Shown: positions 30,139 to 39,767, counted from the stretch's first letter. The stretch: DNA of 64,000 bases from Bradymonadia bacterium (GCA_046290225.1 JBKAGE010000079.1:96001-160000), one strand, 5' to 3'. Numbers and translations: made by a program. The notes: generated from the letters alone by a model not told the origin.

Positions 30139-31385
30139 ACCTCAGAGAGCTCAACTACATCCTGATCCCGCGCTCGCCCGAGGTGCTCGAGCGATGGGCG
30201 GAAGGCCCATCGGCACGTTTGATCGGGCCCCTCATCTGGCTGGCCCGCCACGGCACCCGAGAAGGGCAGGTCGTCTTTGTGATCACTCTCGTCTGCGCCG
30301 CAGCGGGGGTGAACATCCGGTTCTCCCACCTGTACCTGATCTTCTGTGCCCTCATGGGGCTTTGGGTGGCGGCCTTCTGCCTGAGGCCACTGGCGCGGAT
30401 CCCCGATGTGCAGTTCTCCATGAGCCACGCCCCTCGGGTGGAGGCCGACGCGGTGATCGAGCTGACGGCGGTGGTGCACAACGCCGGGACGAAGCCTGTG
30501 TACGCCCTCAGAATCAACGGGCCTTTCCTCAACTGGGATGGCGTGTGGGTGGGCAACCGGCCGGAGATCCCTCATCTGGGCCCCGGTGAGACCGTGCGGG
30601 TGTCGGCCCAGGCGAAGTTCAGCCTGAGGGGCCCACGGATCATCGGTCGCTTTCGTCTGGGATCCGTCCGCCCCCTGCTGTTGCTCTCGGGGCCCCAGAA
30701 GGCGAGTGAGCCGGTGCGGTTCACCGTGGTGCCGCCGTGCCCGCAGGTGCAGCTGCCTCCACCGTGGGGTGGAGAGCAGGATGGTGGCAGCTGGCGCAGC
30801 AAGGGGCTCGTGGGTGGCGCAGAGCTGCGGGGCGTGAGGCCATATCAGCCCGGCGATCGTCTACGTGATTTGCACAGTCGATCATGGGGCCGCGTTGGGG
30901 TGCCCATGGTGCGGGAGTATCTCGTTTCCAGCAGACCACGGGTGCACATCTGGGTCGATCCCGGCACGGGTGGAGAGCGGGGCAGGCGAGAGCTGATGAA
31001 CGGCATCGCGGCCATGGCTCACGGGGTGGTGGTGGCCATGCTCCAAACAGGGGCCGAGATCATGTTCACCGTGGTGGGTCAGAGCGAGCACGTCGTCGGC
31101 CCCATCGCCCCGGGAGGGGCCATCGAGCCGATCCTCGACCAGCTCGCCGTGGTGGGCCCGGAGGTGCCTCCGAACACTGCGCCGCCGATGGTGTCAGGCG
31201 CTCTCGCTGTGGTGATAGTGCGTCCGAAGCGGTCCTCTGACTGGACCCGAGCCATGCAGCCCACCCGTGGTCTCATCGACATCGAAATCTCTGACGAGCG
31301 GCGGTTGCACACCATCGAGCGCGACGCGCCGGGCCAGTACCGCGTGCCGCTCGATGCCCTGAACGACCCTGTGGTGCTCTGGTGA
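30135..31385 (+). CDS. DUF58 domain protein
   Basis: ELRGVRPYQPGDRLRDLHSRSWGR...MVREY; N-terminal TMs; GTGA overlap with moxR. Confidence 0.88.
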   Translation: MNLRELNYILIPRSPEVLERWAEGPSARLIGPLIWLARHGTREGQVVFVITLVCAAAGVNIRFSHLYLIFCALMGLWVAAFCLRPLARIPDVQFSMSHAPRVEADAVIELTAVVHNAGTKPVYALRINGPFLNWDGVWVGNRPEIPHLGPGETVRVSAQAKFSLRGPRIIGRFRLGSVRPLLLLSGPQKASEPVRFTVVPPCPQVQLPPPWGGEQDGGSWRSKGLVGGAELRGVRPYQPGDRLRDLHSRSWGRVGVPMVREYLVSSRPRVHIWVDPGTGGERGRRELMNGIAAMAHGVVVAMLQTGAEIMFTVVGQSEHVVGPIAPGGAIEPILDQLAVVGPEVPPNTAPPMVSGALAVVIVRPKRSSDWTRAMQPTRGLIDIEISDERRLHTIERDAPGQYRVPLDALNDPVVLW

Positions 31386-33289
31386 GGCGCATCTCCCAGG
31401 CGCTCGTGGGGTTCGCCCTCATGATCCCCCCCGCCCTCGGGGCATGGGCCATGCGCTTTGATCCCCTCGAGGCCTCTGCCCAACGCATCTTGCTGGTGGC
31501 GGTCTTCGTGCTCACTGCGGCGCGCGTGGTGCGGCCGATCAACCTCGGGCCATTGGTGGTGCTGTTGTTGATCCCCTTCGCGCTCACCACCGACTTCGCC
31601 GCCCTCGGGCGAGGGCCCATGGTCACCCTCGTGGCCACCGCCGCGGGGATGATCTTCGCGGGGTGGTCCTCGAGCACACGGAGCCTGACCGCGGTGTGTG
31701 CCCTGAGCGTGATGGCCCTCATGGGTCTGGGGCAGGCCACCGAGCGGCTCGACTTCGCCCTGGCGACAGGTCTGCAAATCACCTGCATCACCGTCGGCCT
31801 CGTCACCGCCCACCGGATCATGCCCACCCTCGCCGGTGAGGGCTGGCGCCTGCACAGCAGAGCCATTCTGGTGCCATGTCTCGTGACGATGATCGTCGGC
31901 GGGGCCGTGATGAGCGCTCTGGGGCACTGGCTGCCTCTGGCAGAGCCCTATGTCACTGGCTGGGTGGGGTCGATGCTCGATGATCGCACAGCGAAAACCG
32001 AGACCGGGTTCTCTGGAGGTGACTCTGCCCTGGGCGGTCTCTCGGAGATTCTGAAGTCCGACGCGGTGGTCATGCGCCTCTGGCCCGAGCGTCCCGACGT
32101 GCGGCCGGAGCTGCTCAAAGGGCAGGTGTACCAGAGGTACGACGAGGGTCGGTGGGTGCCGGCACCGAGCGGTCAGGGTCTCACCGCAGGTGCCGATGGC
32201 GAGCTGGTCTTCGACGAAGGCGTGATCGCGGGCACGGTGAGGGTGGAGCGCACCGATGTCGCCGGCGAGTTCTATTTTTCTCCAGAGCGCGCCCGAAGAG
32301 TCTCCGATGTCGCTGAAGAAGCCTTTGCTTCCCGACTGGGCGTGATCCGTGATCCCGGCGGGCCGCTGTGGGGTGGAGGCGCGCCCTATACGATCGCTGT
32401 CGGTGTGCCGGAGAGTCGCCGTCCGTTGCTGGCCCCCACTGCGGAGGACACGCGACTGCCGGAGTTCCTCGCGCCGGCCTTCGAAGCCCTGTCGAGAGAC
32501 TGGGCGCCGGGCACGCCTGACCCGGAGACTCTGGTGGCTCTGATCAGTGGCCGACTGAGAGGCTTCAAGTACACCCTGAAGCTCAAACCCACCCCCAAAG
32601 GGGCAGATCCGCTCTGGCATTTTCTCAATGAGACCCAGTCGGGCCACTGTGAGCTGTTCGCCAGCGCGCTCGTGGCGCTGGTCAGGGCTCGCGGGGTGCC
32701 GGCGCGGTGGGTGACGGGGTACCGGGTGACGGAGACCAACCCCGACTCTGGATACGCCATCGTCAGGGAGCGCGACGCCCACGCATGGGCTGAGGTCTAC
32801 TACGACGGGCAGTGGCACACGGTAGATCCTACACCGCCGGGGGCGACACCATTCCAATCTCGGGAGATCTCAGGTGGAGCGGCCACATGGGATGCCTTCA
32901 AGGGCTGGTTGAACCGACTGTGGAGTCGCCTCGGCGCGTTGCCTCCCCCCGTGATCTTCTCGGGCCTCGGGGTGCTCGTCGTCGGCGTTTTTGCATGGCT
33001 GGCCCTGAGGCGATGGGCCCGTGGACGCACTCAGTCGGCCTCTGTGGAGACCTATGGGCCCTTCGAAGCGCTGTGCCGGCGACTCACAGCAGAGGGCCTG
33101 CAACCATGGTCACCAGAAGAGCCGATCCTGCGCTACGCTCGCCAGGCTCAGCTGGCAGGGCATGTCAGGGCGGCGGTCTTGCTCGAGCGATGCGCGGCTT
33201 TGCGATTTGGCGGCGAGGGGGATGAGACGCAGCTCATCGCCGCCATCGAAGCCTATGTTGCTGAGGGGGATCCAGAGGGGCGCGGTTGA
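31382..33289 (+). CDS. Membrane transglutaminase-like protein (TgpA type)
   Basis: Multiple TMs; GHCELFASA, PARWVTGY, AHAWAEVY, DPTP (Cys-His-Asp triad). Confidence 0.9.
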   Translation: MRRISQALVGFALMIPPALGAWAMRFDPLEASAQRILLVAVFVLTAARVVRPINLGPLVVLLLIPFALTTDFAALGRGPMVTLVATAAGMIFAGWSSSTRSLTAVCALSVMALMGLGQATERLDFALATGLQITCITVGLVTAHRIMPTLAGEGWRLHSRAILVPCLVTMIVGGAVMSALGHWLPLAEPYVTGWVGSMLDDRTAKTETGFSGGDSALGGLSEILKSDAVVMRLWPERPDVRPELLKGQVYQRYDEGRWVPAPSGQGLTAGADGELVFDEGVIAGTVRVERTDVAGEFYFSPERARRVSDVAEEAFASRLGVIRDPGGPLWGGGAPYTIAVGVPESRRPLLAPTAEDTRLPEFLAPAFEALSRDWAPGTPDPETLVALISGRLRGFKYTLKLKPTPKGADPLWHFLNETQSGHCELFASALVALVRARGVPARWVTGYRVTETNPDSGYAIVRERDAHAWAEVYYDGQWHTVDPTPPGATPFQSREISGGAATWDAFKGWLNRLWSRLGALPPPVIFSGLGVLVVGVFAWLALRRWARGRTQSASVETYGPFEALCRRLTAEGLQPWSPEEPILRYARQAQLAGHVRAAVLLERCAALRFGGEGDETQLIAAIEAYVAEGDPEGRG

Positions 33290-33290
33290 G

Positions 33291-34013
33291 CTAATGATTG
33301 GTGCAGATGCGCTCACGGGCCATGCCCATGCCCAAAGCCCAGTCAGTGAGCTCGCGTTGCATGTCGGGCATGCCGCACAGTGCCAGCCACCCGTCAGCCC
33401 AGCCCGCAGGCAAGGTGTCGAGCTCACCGGCGATGTTGTGTTGCACATACCCTCGGCGCCCTGGCCAGTCCGGGGCATGGCCACTCACGACGAGGCGCAC
33501 GTCGAGGCCTGCTCGCAGCAGCTCGGTGAGCTCTCCGAGGAAGGGGAAGTCACCTGGCTGGCGGCACCCTTGATAGAGCACCGCGGGCACTCCAGCCTCC
33601 ACTAGGCCCCAGAGCAAGCCGCGCACACCGGCGAGGCCGCTGCCGTTGGTGGCCAGCAAGACCGGTCCTCCGTGGGCAAGCATGGCCTCTTGAGGAAACC
33701 CGGGTCCCTGAGGGGCGCTCACGTGGAGCGTGGCGCCGGCGGGCAAGGCACACAGCGCCTCTGAGAGGGGTCCGTTGCGTTGCACGTAGAAGCTGAGGGC
33801 CTCCGTGCCGAAGTGCTCCGAGGGCTCGTTGGCGATCACGAAGGGGCTCGAGAGCCGCTCACCCTCGACGTCGAGGGCCAGCATGCAGTACTGGCCTGGA
33901 GACCGCCAGCTCGCCCGGAGCGGCTCAGTGAGGGCCACGCGGATCACCCGACCACGCCACGTCTCGGGGTACCCGTCGAGCAGGGTGGTGGGGTGCAGAG
34001 TGGGGAGGGGCAT
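33291..34013 (-). CDS. Ferredoxin-NADP reductase-like FAD/NAD(P)-binding oxidoreductase
   Basis: PGQY, PQGPGF, GSGLAG, YQGCR, GYVQ, LCGMPDM; start overlaps cysK stop (TGATG). Confidence 0.8.
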   Translation of the reverse strand: MPLPTLHPTTLLDGYPETWRGRVIRVALTEPLRASWRSPGQYCMLALDVEGERLSSPFVIANEPSEHFGTEALSFYVQRNGPLSEALCALPAGATLHVSAPQGPGFPQEAMLAHGGPVLLATNGSGLAGVRGLLWGLVEAGVPAVLYQGCRQPGDFPFLGELTELLRAGLDVRLVVSGHAPDWPGRRGYVQHNIAGELDTLPAGWADGWLALCGMPDMQRELTDWALGMGMARERICTNH

Positions 34014-34951
34014 CAGGACTCCAGCAAGTCTTTGTAGAGCGGCGTCGAGAGATACCGCTCTGCAGAAGATGCAAAAATCACCACAAGGGTGCGTCCGGCC
34101 CATTCAGATCGACGGGCGATCTTCAGCGCCGCGGCGCACGTGGCCCCTGAAGAGATGCCCGCGGGGATCCCCTCGAGGCGTGCCAGTGCCCGGGCGGTGT
34201 CGAAGGCCTCTTTGTCGGTGACGGTGACCACCTCGTCGATGAGATCGCGCTGCAAATTCTCGGGCACGAAGCCTGCGCCGATGCCTTGGATACGGTGCAT
34301 GCCTCTGCGTTTGCCCGAGAGCACCGCGCTCGTAGAAGGCTCCACGGCAAAGACCTCGACGTCGGCGCTCTGGCTCTTCAGGAACCCGCCGATGCCGGTG
34401 ATGGAGCCCCCAGTGCCCACCCCAGAGACGAGGCCGTGGACCTCACCCTCGGTGTCTTCCCAGATCTCGCGGCCGGTGGTCTCACGGTGGACACGTGGGT
34501 TGTTGGGGTTGGAGAACTGCTGCAGCAACAAAGACTTGGGGTGCGAGGCAGCCAGGGCTCTCGCCCGGGCGACGGCCCCCTGCATGCCCTCCGCGGCGGG
34601 GGTGAGCTCCAGCTCGGCGCCGAGGCCTTTGAGCAGAGCACGACGCTCTTCGGACATCGAGTCGGGCATGGTCAGGATCAAGCGTACGCCGCGTACGGCG
34701 GCGGCGAAGGCCAGGGCGATGCCGGTGTTGCCGCTCGTGGGCTCGATGACCACAGTCTCGGCGCACAGACGGCCCTCTGCGGCGGCGGCATCGAGCATGG
34801 CCACACCCACCCGATCCTTGATGCTCGACAGCGGGTTGAAGAACTCGAGCTTGGCCAGGATCGTGCCGTGACACCCCTCGGCGATGCGGTTGAGCCGAAC
34901 CAGGGGCGTGCGGCCGATGGTCTGGGTGATGTCGTCGAAGATGCGGGCCAT
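34013..34951 (-). CDS. cysK: Cysteine synthase A
   Basis: IGRTPLVRL, KLEFFNPLSSIKDR, EPTSGNTG, GVGTGGS, HRIQGIGAGF, ERYLST. Confidence 0.95.
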   Translation of the reverse strand: MARIFDDITQTIGRTPLVRLNRIAEGCHGTILAKLEFFNPLSSIKDRVGVAMLDAAAAEGRLCAETVVIEPTSGNTGIALAFAAAVRGVRLILTMPDSMSEERRALLKGLGAELELTPAAEGMQGAVARARALAASHPKSLLLQQFSNPNNPRVHRETTGREIWEDTEGEVHGLVSGVGTGGSITGIGGFLKSQSADVEVFAVEPSTSAVLSGKRRGMHRIQGIGAGFVPENLQRDLIDEVVTVTDKEAFDTARALARLEGIPAGISSGATCAAALKIARRSEWAGRTLVVIFASSAERYLSTPLYKDLLES

Positions 34952-34987
34952 CCGTGCTCCGTGATGGGGGCGGGCTGAGTTGCAGGT

Positions 34988-35005
34988 GCCTCTGAGATCA
35001 GAGGC
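34988..35005. terminator. Intergenic hairpin upstream of cysK
   Basis: GCCTCTG-AGAT-CAGAGGC; outer stem identical to the 321-339 hairpin. Confidence 0.3.
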
Positions 35006-35008
35006 CGA

Positions 35009-36055
35009 TCATTCTACATAATCGGGCATGAAGACCGGACGGCCCCGTGGCGCAGAGGGCACCTCTCTCGTCGTCCGTCGTCGGGTCCGGCGACGCCTGC
35101 CAGAGGGTCGAGGGAGATCTTCCGCCTTGGGTGTGGGTGACACCCGATCTTTCGGGGGCTCTGGCTTCGGTGGCGGATCGGAGGCCGCGGTACGGAGCGT
35201 GGCCACCAGCGGTTGAGGCGGTGACTTCTCCGGATCGACGAGGGCCATCAAGACACCATCAGGGGCAAAGCCGGTGGGCCACCATGGGGCCTGCTTCACC
35301 CTGATCCAGGGAATGAGCTCGGCCACGGCACCCGCGAGGGGCAGGCGGTTGTCTGCAGGGCGCCCTCGGGCCACCAGCTGTGCTGCGGCCATCTCCAACA
35401 CGGTTTGATCGTCCGCGACGCGATCAGCTTCAGCGGGCCCGCGAAAGAGCGCGAGCTCGGGCAGGGCGAGGGCCGAGAGACCCGCCGTGCGCCAACCACC
35501 GCCCTCGGGTCTCACCGCCACCAGCATGTGCACAGGCACACCGCCACTCGGGGAAAGCCCAGGCCATGCGTCACCGCTGAATGTGCGGTCGAGCAGAGGG
35601 TCGATCACCTCTCGCCCAGGGCCGCTGAGGCAGCTGGTGACGACGATGTGCAGCGCCAGAGCGAGAGAGCGCCGTGCCTCCACGGGGGTGGCCACCTGCC
35701 AGCGTGCGTCCTGCTGTCGGATCGCCACGGGGTGGGGCAGCTTCGGATAAGTGACGAGGCGAGCGTCAGATGCGGACATCACCCGGGCTTTGCGATAGCC
35801 CGCCTTGGCGAGGCAGTCCTGCAGGGGTCCGGAGCCCGGCAGGGTCTCGGGCACACCCGAGATCGACCAGCTCCGCTCGAGCGGGCCCTTGGTGGTCTCG
35901 GCGGGTGGGCTCGCATCAGCGCTCTGGGTTGCCGCTTCAGGCTGCTCAGGCGCTTCTGGCTTTGCCGTGAGCCAGAACAAAGCGCCGCAGGCGAGCACCG
36001 CCACCAGGATGGGGTACCCGGACCAGGGGCCGCGGCGTCGAGAAGAGGGGGCCAT
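35009..36055 (-). CDS. Hypothetical membrane-anchored protein
   Basis: N-terminal TM, Pro/Arg-rich tail; fills the gap 9 nt downstream of the extensin-like gene. Confidence 0.6.
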   Translation of the reverse strand: MAPSSRRRGPWSGYPILVAVLACGALFWLTAKPEAPEQPEAATQSADASPPAETTKGPLERSWSISGVPETLPGSGPLQDCLAKAGYRKARVMSASDARLVTYPKLPHPVAIRQQDARWQVATPVEARRSLALALHIVVTSCLSGPGREVIDPLLDRTFSGDAWPGLSPSGGVPVHMLVAVRPEGGGWRTAGLSALALPELALFRGPAEADRVADDQTVLEMAAAQLVARGRPADNRLPLAGAVAELIPWIRVKQAPWWPTGFAPDGVLMALVDPEKSPPQPLVATLRTAASDPPPKPEPPKDRVSPTPKAEDLPRPSGRRRRTRRRTTREVPSAPRGRPVFMPDYVE

Positions 36056-36064
36056 CAGGGGAGA

Positions 36065-37363
36065 TCAGTCGCCGTGGGGGTTGGGGCCGAAGTGGCCGTG
36101 ATGGTGATGGCCGTCATCCTTCCGGATGAAGCTGCCGCCGGGGGTGAGATCCACGTGGAAGTGGTTGTCGTGTGCGGCGTTGAAGTTCGGGGTCAGCACG
36201 ATGTTGAAGATGCCTCTGTTGAACATCTGCTGGCCGAGGTTGAAGAGCCACTCGCCCTTCTCGGTGGAGAAGTTGCGGGTGTCGTGCTCCCAGTGATCTT
36301 CCACGTCGTAGATCTCGCCATCAGCGGTGCGGAACCACTTGATGTCGATGGCAGCGGCCCGGCCATGCTCGCTCAAGGTGTCAGTACCGGAGATGACCCG
36401 GCAGTGATACGTGCCGATGTGGCCCACCTCGACGATGTCGGACTCGCGCAGCAGCGCGCTCAGCTCGTGGAGGGCCGCGGCGAGATCACACGACACGTAC
36501 ATGGGCTGGGGCGTGTCGTGGGTGACGTAACGGTAGCTCACGCCGTTGACCGGGCTGCGGAGCATGATGGGCGTGTCGATCGTGCACTCGAGATCGCCAC
36601 GACCTGCCGGGCTCTCACCAGGCTGGCCAGCGAGGGCGTAGTTCATGCCGAGGCGCTCGATCTCGGCGATGCAGCCCATCACCGGGGGCGGGTCGATGTC
36701 TGCCGAGCCAGGGACACACACGCCGCGGCGGGTATCGGGCTCGCTGAACCGCCCGCGGGTCTCGCAGCGATATCCAGGGCGGCACCCTGTGTCGAAGGCG
36801 TTGTAGTCACAGCGCTGCACACAGGCACCACCATCGACCACCTCACCGATACAGAACGTCACCGGCATGCCGTCGCGATCGGGGCAGACCCGCTCACAGT
36901 CGAGGCTGCACATGCCCCGTGGGTAACCCTCGTCGTCTTGCAGACAGTACCCCTCGTCGTAATCACAGTCGCCGTCATTGCTGCAGGGCCCGCCGATCCA
37001 GCCCGCATTCACGTTGGGATCCGGTGGCAGATCGGGGGGCACCTCGGCGTCGGGCGTCTGGGGATCCATGTCGGGGGGAGGTGGCCCGGCATCAGGCATG
37101 GGCGGGGGTTCGGCGTCAGGTGCACCACCCCCCATGTTGCCAGCGCCTCCGACGGCGCCGCCCTGGCCCCCCTCACCGGCTGCACCACCCATGCCCACGA
37201 ACATGTCCGGTCGAGGCGTGTTACCGAAATCCGGGGGATCGATCTGTTGCTGCATGCCCGAGTCGGGGGAGGTGATCTGTCGTCGATCATCATCACCGCC
37301 CTCATCTGAGCAGCCAGATGTGATGGTCAGGGCGAGGGCAGCGATTAATGCTGTCAGGCGCAT
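36065..37363 (-). CDS. Lipoprotein with extensin-like C-terminal (M15/LAS-type) domain
   Basis: Lipobox TSGC; Cys-rich module; GTYHCR, SEHGRAAAIDI, VLTPNFNAAHDNHFHVD. Confidence 0.8.
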   Translation of the reverse strand: MRLTALIAALALTITSGCSDEGGDDDRRQITSPDSGMQQQIDPPDFGNTPRPDMFVGMGGAAGEGGQGGAVGGAGNMGGGAPDAEPPPMPDAGPPPPDMDPQTPDAEVPPDLPPDPNVNAGWIGGPCSNDGDCDYDEGYCLQDDEGYPRGMCSLDCERVCPDRDGMPVTFCIGEVVDGGACVQRCDYNAFDTGCRPGYRCETRGRFSEPDTRRGVCVPGSADIDPPPVMGCIAEIERLGMNYALAGQPGESPAGRGDLECTIDTPIMLRSPVNGVSYRYVTHDTPQPMYVSCDLAAALHELSALLRESDIVEVGHIGTYHCRVISGTDTLSEHGRAAAIDIKWFRTADGEIYDVEDHWEHDTRNFSTEKGEWLFNLGQQMFNRGIFNIVLTPNFNAAHDNHFHVDLTPGGSFIRKDDGHHHHGHFGPNPHGD

Positions 37364-37490
37364 GAGGGGCTCCGAACGGTCGAAGCCGACATTCTGCATA
37401 AGGTGGGGGAGGGATGCCAGAGGGGCGAGCAGTTATGTCAGGCCCTCTAAAGGCCCGCTGCTGTGGGTATGGGCGAGTACGTGGGGCGGA

Positions 37491-38015
37491 TCAATCCGCG
37501 GGCAGGCCGATCCACACCCAACAGCGGGTGCCGTCGGCGCGCTGGCGGCCTTCGAAGGGCAGGACCACCCCACGCTGTGGAGCCCAGCGACGCATGGCCC
37601 CGGTGAGGCCGCCCATGGCCTTGGGGCTGTTGAGTCCCAGTGCTTCGACTGCCTCGTCTACGGTCAACTCGCCCTTCTCTTCGAGGATCTCCACGAAGCG
37701 GCGGGTGGGCTCAGGTACTTCAGTGAGGTATTTGGCCCAGCGCTCGGCGTGAGGCAGATGGGACAAATCGGCCTGCTGAGTGGTGGCCGAGCGTCTGGGC
37801 TTGCGCCGAGGTTTGCGCTCGGAATGGGCACCACCCTGCAGATAGCTGCTCTGCTTGAGCAGCGCGCTGCGGGAGGAAGGGCTCGTACTCGGTGCGCTGG
37901 CGATTGTGCCCTCATGGCCCTCTTGCCCGAGACTGTGCATCAAATCGGAGAGGGCCTGAGCGACGCCGGGCCGGCCCATGGCCTGAAGTGGCACCTCGAT
38001 TTGAATATGTGACAT
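37491..38015 (-). CDS. Hypothetical protein with probable C-terminal winged helix-turn-helix
   Basis: RRFVEILEEKGELTVDEAVEALGL..KAMGGLTGAMRRW; basic linker. Confidence 0.6.
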   Translation of the reverse strand: MSHIQIEVPLQAMGRPGVAQALSDLMHSLGQEGHEGTIASAPSTSPSSRSALLKQSSYLQGGAHSERKPRRKPRRSATTQQADLSHLPHAERWAKYLTEVPEPTRRFVEILEEKGELTVDEAVEALGLNSPKAMGGLTGAMRRWAPQRGVVLPFEGRQRADGTRCWVWIGLPAD

Positions 38016-38111
38016 GTGTGTTTGCCCTTTCAACGCACCCTGTCAGCCCAAAGAGTTCCCTCTCATGGAGAGCGCTCAAAGGCTGTCTGGATTGTTGTGA
38101 TGTCTATTTCG

Positions 38112-38134
38112 ACGTTGTCGTAGAACGTTGTCGT
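38112..38134. promoter_or_regulatory. Perfect 10-bp direct repeat in an AT-richer intergenic region, possible operator
   Basis: ACGTTGTCGT-AGA-ACGTTGTCGT. Confidence 0.4.
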
Positions 38135-38245
38135 TTGAAAGTGTGCCCGCTGACTCGAATGTGGGATTGACGCCCAGTATTCAAATCAGTCTGAAGTGAG
38201 GAATCAAGAAAAAAGCGGTTTCTTCGCACTGTTTAATCGGGCTGT

Positions 38246-39667
38246 TCAGCGGCGAGAGTCCCTGGAAATAAAGAACGATTCTCGAACTTGGATACACCGT
38301 TCCGGGGTGTCACAGGTACCTGATTCAGAGGGGAGTGACTGTCCATCAACCCGGGCTGTGCCCTGAGAAGGTCCTCTGAGCATCACGTCCACCATGTGTA
38401 TTTCACCGCTGAGACCATCACTGTCTTCGTCGACGTCCGCAGGCTCTGATGCAGCCGTGGTCAGACAGGCCTGACCGCGCTGATCTGTCCAGGCTCGGGT
38501 GAGAAACCCCTCAGCATGGCTGAGGACCTCGACCGCCACCCCGTCGACTGCACGATCAGACTGATCCACCACCTGCACGGCGACGCATCCGCCGGGACGT
38601 ATGGTTCGCCCATAGGCGACAAGCCCGCTGCCTGTGAACGTGTCACAGATCCAAGGCACTGAAGGGGATTCTCCCCGTCGGATGGCGCCAAGCTCTTGAG
38701 CGGACAGCGGAGCGAACGGATCGTTGGGCCCCGGGCGACTCTGCAGCGTGCCCCCTTGTCCTGACTGTCGCCAGACCGCCTCTCGCTCGTCAAAGGTGAA
38801 ACGATTGATCTCCACCCGCGAGGTCGTGGCGGGCTCTGAATCGACCAGTCGGTCGAATACTTGTTCCGACACTTGGATACATTGAGCGAAGGGCGGCATG
38901 CTCTCGATGCGCTCGCCCTCTCCGTCATACACATCGTGATACGCATACGCTGTCACCCACAGCAGATCTCCGGTGCTGGTGACGAAGGGACCCGGGAGCT
39001 GTTCGGTGACAGTACGGCCGTTGTCGTAAAACACCCAGCCCTCTCGAATCTGATCGGCGGGCAGGGGTTCATACAACGGCCCGCTCTCGCACACCGCGTC
39101 GTCGCAGGTGAGCGCCACTGCAGGCTCGAGGGTGACATGGTTCTCGAGGGTTTCGCTGGGAAAGGGCTGGGGAATGACACGTGTGAGGGGGATATGCCCA
39201 GGATGTTTGAAGGTGAGTCGCATGAATGGACAGGGCCCTGCATGCACGTCGAGGGCATAATTGCCCATGCCGTCGGTTGTTCCCTCCTGGTACAGATCGT
39301 CGCAGCCCACGGTGACCTGCACACCCGCTCCGAGGCCGGCACCGAGCCTCACTGTTCCACTCAACGTGGTGGACTCGATGGGCGGCAGATAGAGATCAGG
39401 CATGGCGTCTGGAGGGCCCATGTCGAGGATCTCTGCGTCGGGCATCGCGTCGGCGATGGCGGCATCGACGATGAGCTCGGTGGGCTCGCAGCCCATCGAG
39501 CCCACGAAGAGGACGCCCCAGAGCCCTAAGGTGAACGACCTTCTCGACGCGCCCGGCAAAAGCCGAAGCAAAAGCCGAAGCAAAAGCCGAAGCAAAAGCC
39601 GAAGCAAAAGCCGAAGCAAATGCCGCGAGAAATGTGGAGAACAGGGGCCAATGTTGTAGATCCCCAT
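38246..39667 (-). CDS. Cys-containing lipoprotein with carboxypeptidase-regulatory-like beta-sandwich domains
   Basis: SRRSFT twin-Arg motif then lipobox SMGC; LSGTVR...TTDGMGNYAL and WTDQRGQAC; start at ATG 39667 or TTG 39559. Confidence 0.7.
   Translation of the reverse strand: MGIYNIGPCSPHFSRHLLRLLLRLLLRLLLRLLLRLLPGASRRSFTLGLWGVLFVGSMGCEPTELIVDAAIADAMPDAEILDMGPPDAMPDLYLPPIESTTLSGTVRLGAGLGAGVQVTVGCDDLYQEGTTDGMGNYALDVHAGPCPFMRLTFKHPGHIPLTRVIPQPFPSETLENHVTLEPAVALTCDDAVCESGPLYEPLPADQIREGWVFYDNGRTVTEQLPGPFVTSTGDLLWVTAYAYHDVYDGEGERIESMPPFAQCIQVSEQVFDRLVDSEPATTSRVEINRFTFDEREAVWRQSGQGGTLQSRPGPNDPFAPLSAQELGAIRRGESPSVPWICDTFTGSGLVAYGRTIRPGGCVAVQVVDQSDRAVDGVAVEVLSHAEGFLTRAWTDQRGQACLTTAASEPADVDEDSDGLSGEIHMVDVMLRGPSQGTARVDGQSLPSESGTCDTPERCIQVRESFFISRDSRR
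39556..39625. repeat. 12-bp tandem repeat (VNTR-like)
   Basis: Five perfect GCAAAAGCCGAA copies (39556-39615) plus a degenerate GCAAATGCCG. Confidence 0.95.
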
Positions 39668-39767
39668 GGAGCGCCCTTCCTGTTTGAATCAGGGCTCGCG
39701 AGTATAGAGCACTCTGAGAGCACATGCGCACCGCCGAACGAACTCACCGTGATCAGAAAGGGCAGCG

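Noticed and set aside
39556..39625. CRISPR array, or a separate (ASAF)n or (CFGF)n peptide gene
   Set aside because: Contiguous 12-bp units with no spacers and no cas genes; the alternative frames are by-products of the repeat
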